DNA from: an uncultured bacterium
Lineage (GTDB): Bacteria; Fidelibacterota; Marinisomatia; Marinisomatales; UBA1611
DNA length: 64,000 nucleotides
Direction: 5' to 3'
NCBI GenBank assembly: GCA_965660855.1
Contig: CBFIBM010000003.1
Location: forward strand, 32,001-96,000
Shown: positions 60,545-64,000 of the stretch, one piece after another
How the letters are laid out: each line of letters opens with the position of its first letter
Position numbering within the stretch: position 1 is the stretch's first letter
Notes under the pieces: generated by a model
Databases searched by the model: none
Told to the model about the DNA's origin: nothing
Seen by the model: only the letters and a program-made list of their open reading frames with translations
Position numbers and translations under genes: made by a program

Positions 60545-61231
60545 ATGAAAATCAGTATTATCCTAACGATGTTATTTATGATAGCATGTAGTAATCAAAG
60601 TTCTAAAAAGTCAACTTCAAGCCTTGAAAATTTTGATGATTCTACAAGCTACTCAATTGGTGCAGATTTAGGTGTAAACCTTAAAAGACAAAATGTCGAT
60701 ATTAATTATGATGTGTTTTTGGCAGGCTTAGTCGATGGAATGGAGCTAAGTGATAAGGATGTGAAATTAAATCAAAGTGAAAGAAGAAAAGTGATGTCTG
60801 TTTTGCAAAATAGAATAAGAGAAAAAGAAAAAAATCAAGGTGGAGAAAATTTAAAAGCAGCTGAAGCTTTTTTATCTGAAAATAAAAAAAAGATAGATAT
60901 AAAAGAAACCCCAACAGGTCTTCAATATAGAGCTTTAAAAGAAGGAGATGGTGAAAAACCTAATGCAGATGAAAAGGTAAAGGTTCATTATGTTGGTCGG
61001 TTAATAGATGGGACTAAATTTGATAGTTCCATTGATAGAGGAGAACCTGCTGAATTTGGACTAAATCAAGTTATAAAAGGATGGACAGAAGGTTTACAAT
61101 TAATGAAAGTTGGATCAAAATATGAATTTTTCATTCATCCTAAAATTGCATATGGTTCAAGACCCAGACCTCAAATTCCTGCAAATAGCTTGTTAATTTT
61201 TGAAGTAGAGCTACTTGAAATTTTAAAATAG
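60545..61231 (+). CDS. FKBP-type peptidyl-prolyl isomerase (FkpA/Mip-like lipoprotein)
   Basis: Lipobox MIAC; SYSIG; VHYVG.L.DGTKFDSS, VIKGWTEGL, LIFEVELL. Confidence 0.95.
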   Translation: MKISIILTMLFMIACSNQSSKKSTSSLENFDDSTSYSIGADLGVNLKRQNVDINYDVFLAGLVDGMELSDKDVKLNQSERRKVMSVLQNRIREKEKNQGGENLKAAEAFLSENKKKIDIKETPTGLQYRALKEGDGEKPNADEKVKVHYVGRLIDGTKFDSSIDRGEPAEFGLNQVIKGWTEGLQLMKVGSKYEFFIHPKIAYGSRPRPQIPANSLLIFEVELLEILK

Positions 61232-61253
61232 ATATTATTCTAATAAATTAATG

Positions 61254-61284
61254 AAAAAAGGGAGTGAAAACTCCCTTTTTTTTT
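61254..61284. terminator. Bidirectional terminator between the FKBP gene and tRNA-Arg
   Basis: AAAAAAGGGAG-TGAAAA-CTCCCTTTTTTTTT. Confidence 0.85.
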
Positions 61285-61287
61285 GTG

Positions 61288-61361
61288 TACGCCCGAGAGG
61301 ATTCGAACCTCTGACCCTCTCCTTAGAAGGGAGATGCTCTATCCAGCTGAGCTACGGGCGC
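61288..61361 (-). tRNA. tRNA-Arg(TCT)
   Basis: Reverse complement GCGCCCGTAGCTCAGCTGGATAGAGCA-TCTCC-CTTCTAA-GGAGA-GGGTCAGAGGTTCGAATCCTCTCGGGCGTA. Confidence 0.96.
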
Positions 61362-61539
61362 ATACTAAAGTAAATTTACAAAGATTTTTATTGTAATAAC
61401 AATAAAGGGTTCAACATTATTATAATTATATTGTTCTTAAACTATTGATAAAAATTTTAATGGTAATTTGGATTAATTCAAGTTTAATTATTGAAATAAT
61501 ACGCTTTAGATACAGATAAATCATTATCATAGAAAAAAC

Positions 61540-61569
61540 TTGACAGATTCATATTATATGTCGTACAAT
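61540..61569 (+). promoter_or_regulatory. Near-consensus sigma70 promoter
   Basis: TTGACA-N18-TACAAT upstream of the 61647 gene. Confidence 0.65.
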
Positions 61570-61646
61570 TGCAATTGAGAGAACTGACGTTTTAAGAATC
61601 TCTTCACTACCAAAAAACCAAATTAACATCAGAATGGAGGTCTTTT

Positions 61647-61874
61647 ATGGCTGAAGTAGTTGCAAATACAGGAGTTTCAAAGGATAAGGGCTATTTATAT
61701 TATCTTGGAAAAGATGGTAATGTATGGCGTTCACAGATGGCGCGAGCAGGAAAAGGAGGAGGAAACGCAGAGAAGGTTGCAGATGCAGGTGTAACGCGTG
61801 AGTCCGGTTATCTTTATTTTATAGATAAGAATGGTAACGTTTCAAGGTCTCCTATGGCGAGGGGGCGTAAATAG
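61647..61874 (+). CDS. Small basic protein of two tandem ~35-aa repeats
   Basis: GGAGG RBS; AExVAxxGVxxxxGYLYxxxKxGNVxRSxMAR occurs twice. Confidence 0.85.
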   Translation: MAEVVANTGVSKDKGYLYYLGKDGNVWRSQMARAGKGGGNAEKVADAGVTRESGYLYFIDKNGNVSRSPMARGRK

Positions 61875-61892
61875 TAGTTTGAATTTATCTTG

Positions 61893-61923
61893 AAAGGCTC
61901 TCTTTTTGGGAGCCTTTTTTTTT
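61893..61923 (+). terminator. Rho-independent terminator
   Basis: AAAGGCTC...GAGCCTTT followed by a T-tract. Confidence 0.85.
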
Positions 61924-61998
61924 AACGTAAAATACCAAAAAATATAGTAAATTTATATCTGAAGTAATTATTAATTTAACATTAAAATAATTAAAAAT

Positions 61999-62784
61999 AT
62001 GCGAAGTATAATTTTTTATAGTCTATTAATTTTTTCATTTCTTCCTTTGAACGCTGAAGGAATGCAGTTGTTTAGATCAAAAAAAGCATCGGCAAAGGAC
62101 TCGAGAAATGAAGATCAAAGTAATAAAAGAGAAATTATTACAGAAGATTTTTCCAAACCTGAAGTTACAACAAGAAAAAATATAGAATCAGTTATACCTG
62201 TTAAAAGGATACCTAACGGTTGGGTTTTTCGAGATGAATTACTCGCTCCATGGGAGTCTAATCTGCCTGCTGTTTTATCAATTATACCCGATACTACTGT
62301 AGAGGTAATATATCACGACGATAACAGAACAACTAGAGAAGGTTTTGTTTTACCAATTAAGAGAGCTTCTGTCGAATTTCAATATACATCAAGACTAACA
62401 CATGAGCTGATAATGTTAGAATTTGTAAATGTAGACTTTATTTATAGTACAACCAATAATAATGACTCTCATTTTATTCTTGAAGGGATTACAAAAAAAG
62501 TGAAATTGAAAGATACTGGATTCCCCCAGCTTGCTGCATCTGATATTATTAAACATAAAGTCCTAATGGAATATGGTAGTCCAAAGGAATTCGATGGAGT
62601 ATGGCATATTTACGAAGATTTAAACTCTTCTTATAAAGTAAGAGAATTAGATGAAAGAAATATTAAAGTTGAAACTAAGAGCCTTCAAGTATCTGATAAA
62701 CTTGAAAAAGCTATTGATGATACATATTCAAAACAAGGTATTGAATATAAAAAGAGACTAATGGTTCAAGGGATTGATATTTAA
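61999..62784 (+). CDS. Hypothetical exported protein
   Basis: Signal peptide ending LNA; no recognised motif. Confidence 0.7.
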   Translation: MRSIIFYSLLIFSFLPLNAEGMQLFRSKKASAKDSRNEDQSNKREIITEDFSKPEVTTRKNIESVIPVKRIPNGWVFRDELLAPWESNLPAVLSIIPDTTVEVIYHDDNRTTREGFVLPIKRASVEFQYTSRLTHELIMLEFVNVDFIYSTTNNNDSHFILEGITKKVKLKDTGFPQLAASDIIKHKVLMEYGSPKEFDGVWHIYEDLNSSYKVRELDERNIKVETKSLQVSDKLEKAIDDTYSKQGIEYKKRLMVQGIDI

Positions 62785-62789
62785 TTATC

Positions 62790-64000
62790 GTGCACAAAAT
62801 AATCTTTTTAAAAAGGCCTCTGAAAGGCCTTTTTTTGTATCTTGTTTGTCTATCTTTTACTCTGTCTTCACAAAAATATTATCCTGAAATAGTTAAGGTT
62901 GAATTTGAAGGCAATATAAAAACCCTTGATTATATCATAAATAGAGAAATCCAACATCAAATAAATACAAAGTTAGATAGTGTAAAAGCTGAGCAGGACA
63001 GAAATAGAATTGAAAATTTAGGACTCTTTAGTCAAGTAGAGTGGAAAGTAATTCCGCTTGAAGATGGTACTGCCACCCTTAAATTTATCATCATCGAATC
63101 AATACAAAGAACCCCTCCATTTGCTCTACCAACATATGAAGAAGACACGGGTTGGTCACTTACGGGTTTTTATCTCATTAATAATTTTAAAGGTAAAAAT
63201 CAATCTTTAGTATTGGGAGGAAGTATTGGTGGAAAAGATACCTATGGGATACAATTTAGCGATCCTTGGGTTTTTGGTAATCATGTTTCAATGAACTTTC
63301 AGTTTGGAAAAACTCTTTTTCAACATAGGTTTTTAAAAAAAAATCTAGAAGTAAATAGTTTTAATTTAAACTTTGGGAAATGGTTTGGTGAGAAATTAAA
63401 AACACAATTAGGGATAGAGATTGAGAATAAAATATTTTTAGATAAAAATATAAATGACTCTTTTTTTTATTATTCTCCAATATTTACCGTTAGCTATGAT
63501 ACAAGAGATGTGTATTGGAATCCTAGTAGAGGTGTAATTATCTCTCAATATTTAATTAGAAAAAATGGTATAAATCCAAAATCATTTAGTTTAACTCTAT
63601 GGGATCAATCATATTCAATTTTCTATTCAAAAGAATTTTTCGATAAAAAAACTGTTTTTGCTTTTAATATAAGTTCAAAAGTAAAAAGTGGTAAAAAAGA
63701 AGAGATATGGTTGGATTATTTTGGGGGTCAAGCAACAGTTAGAGGGTGGGAAATTCCAGATTCTTCTTTATATTATTCAGGTTCAGAAGATTTTAGATTT
63801 GGCCATGAGTCTATTTATTCAAGTATTGAAATTAGAAGAGAGATTATACCAAAATATGCAACCTCCCTTAAAATTGAATTTGGGTTAGTGTTAGTATTTT
63901 TTACTGATATAGGATTTATAGCAAAAGATTTTAATGCTATAAATTATCAGGAACCTATTTCTGGAACCGGACTAGGTATACGAATACCATTTCCAATTGT
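62790..64000 (+). CDS. Omp85/BamA-TamA family outer-membrane protein with POTRA domain (3' truncated; missing from ORF track)
   Basis: Frame reads from GTG 62790: signal peptide, FEGNIKTLDYIINREI (POTRA), TVRGW, GTGLGIRIPFP at the window edge. Confidence 0.85.
   Translation, partial: MHKIIFLKRPLKGLFLYLVCLSFTLSSQKYYPEIVKVEFEGNIKTLDYIINREIQHQINTKLDSVKAEQDRNRIENLGLFSQVEWKVIPLEDGTATLKFIIIESIQRTPPFALPTYEEDTGWSLTGFYLINNFKGKNQSLVLGGSIGGKDTYGIQFSDPWVFGNHVSMNFQFGKTLFQHRFLKKNLEVNSFNLNFGKWFGEKLKTQLGIEIENKIFLDKNINDSFFYYSPIFTVSYDTRDVYWNPSRGVIISQYLIRKNGINPKSFSLTLWDQSYSIFYSKEFFDKKTVFAFNISSKVKSGKKEEIWLDYFGGQATVRGWEIPDSSLYYSGSEDFRFGHESIYSSIEIRREIIPKYATSLKIEFGLVLVFFTDIGFIAKDFNAINYQEPISGTGLGIRIPFPI

Noticed and set aside
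63688..63888. 66-aa ORF from the track
   Set aside because: Out-of-frame shadow within the Omp85-family gene that runs off the window
1..64000. CRISPR array, IS elements, prophage, rRNA
   Set aside because: No spaced direct repeats, transposase/integrase/phage motifs or rRNA-like segments seen by eye

Overview
Low-GC, gene-dense bacterial chromosome segment. Proteins with PNPFNP-type C-terminal sorting domains and dockerins, TonB receptors and short intergenic spacers suggest an FCB-group marine heterotroph such as Marinimicrobia/SAR406 (inference, not tested). The window runs from the 3' end of lon and tRNA-Val to the 5' part of an Omp85-family gene. In order it holds: (i) a YheO-like PAS / Ser-Thr dehydratase / VOC run followed by a [2Fe-2S]-ferredoxin-class III cyclase-Rieske fusion and two paralogous stand-alone Rieske proteins; (ii) a cohesin-like lipoprotein next to a 1527-aa surface protein; (iii) an SPL-family radical SAM gene pair; (iv) glycolytic genes, including a catalytically degenerate GAPDH paralog coupled to a canonical gap; (v) a thiN-SSS transporter-CYTH operon; (vi) an ~19 kb lipid/sulfate-transfer locus with two MMPL+LolA-like pairs, a PAPS sulfotransferase, two arylsulfotransferases, a START protein, a KAS III-like enzyme, a beta-barrel and fad genes; (vii) an iron/heme uptake region; (viii) housekeeping genes, tRNA-Arg and a small basic tandem-repeat protein with its own expression signals. 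I found no CRISPR array, integrase, transposase or rRNA. All calls come from reading motifs by eye; no database searches were run.
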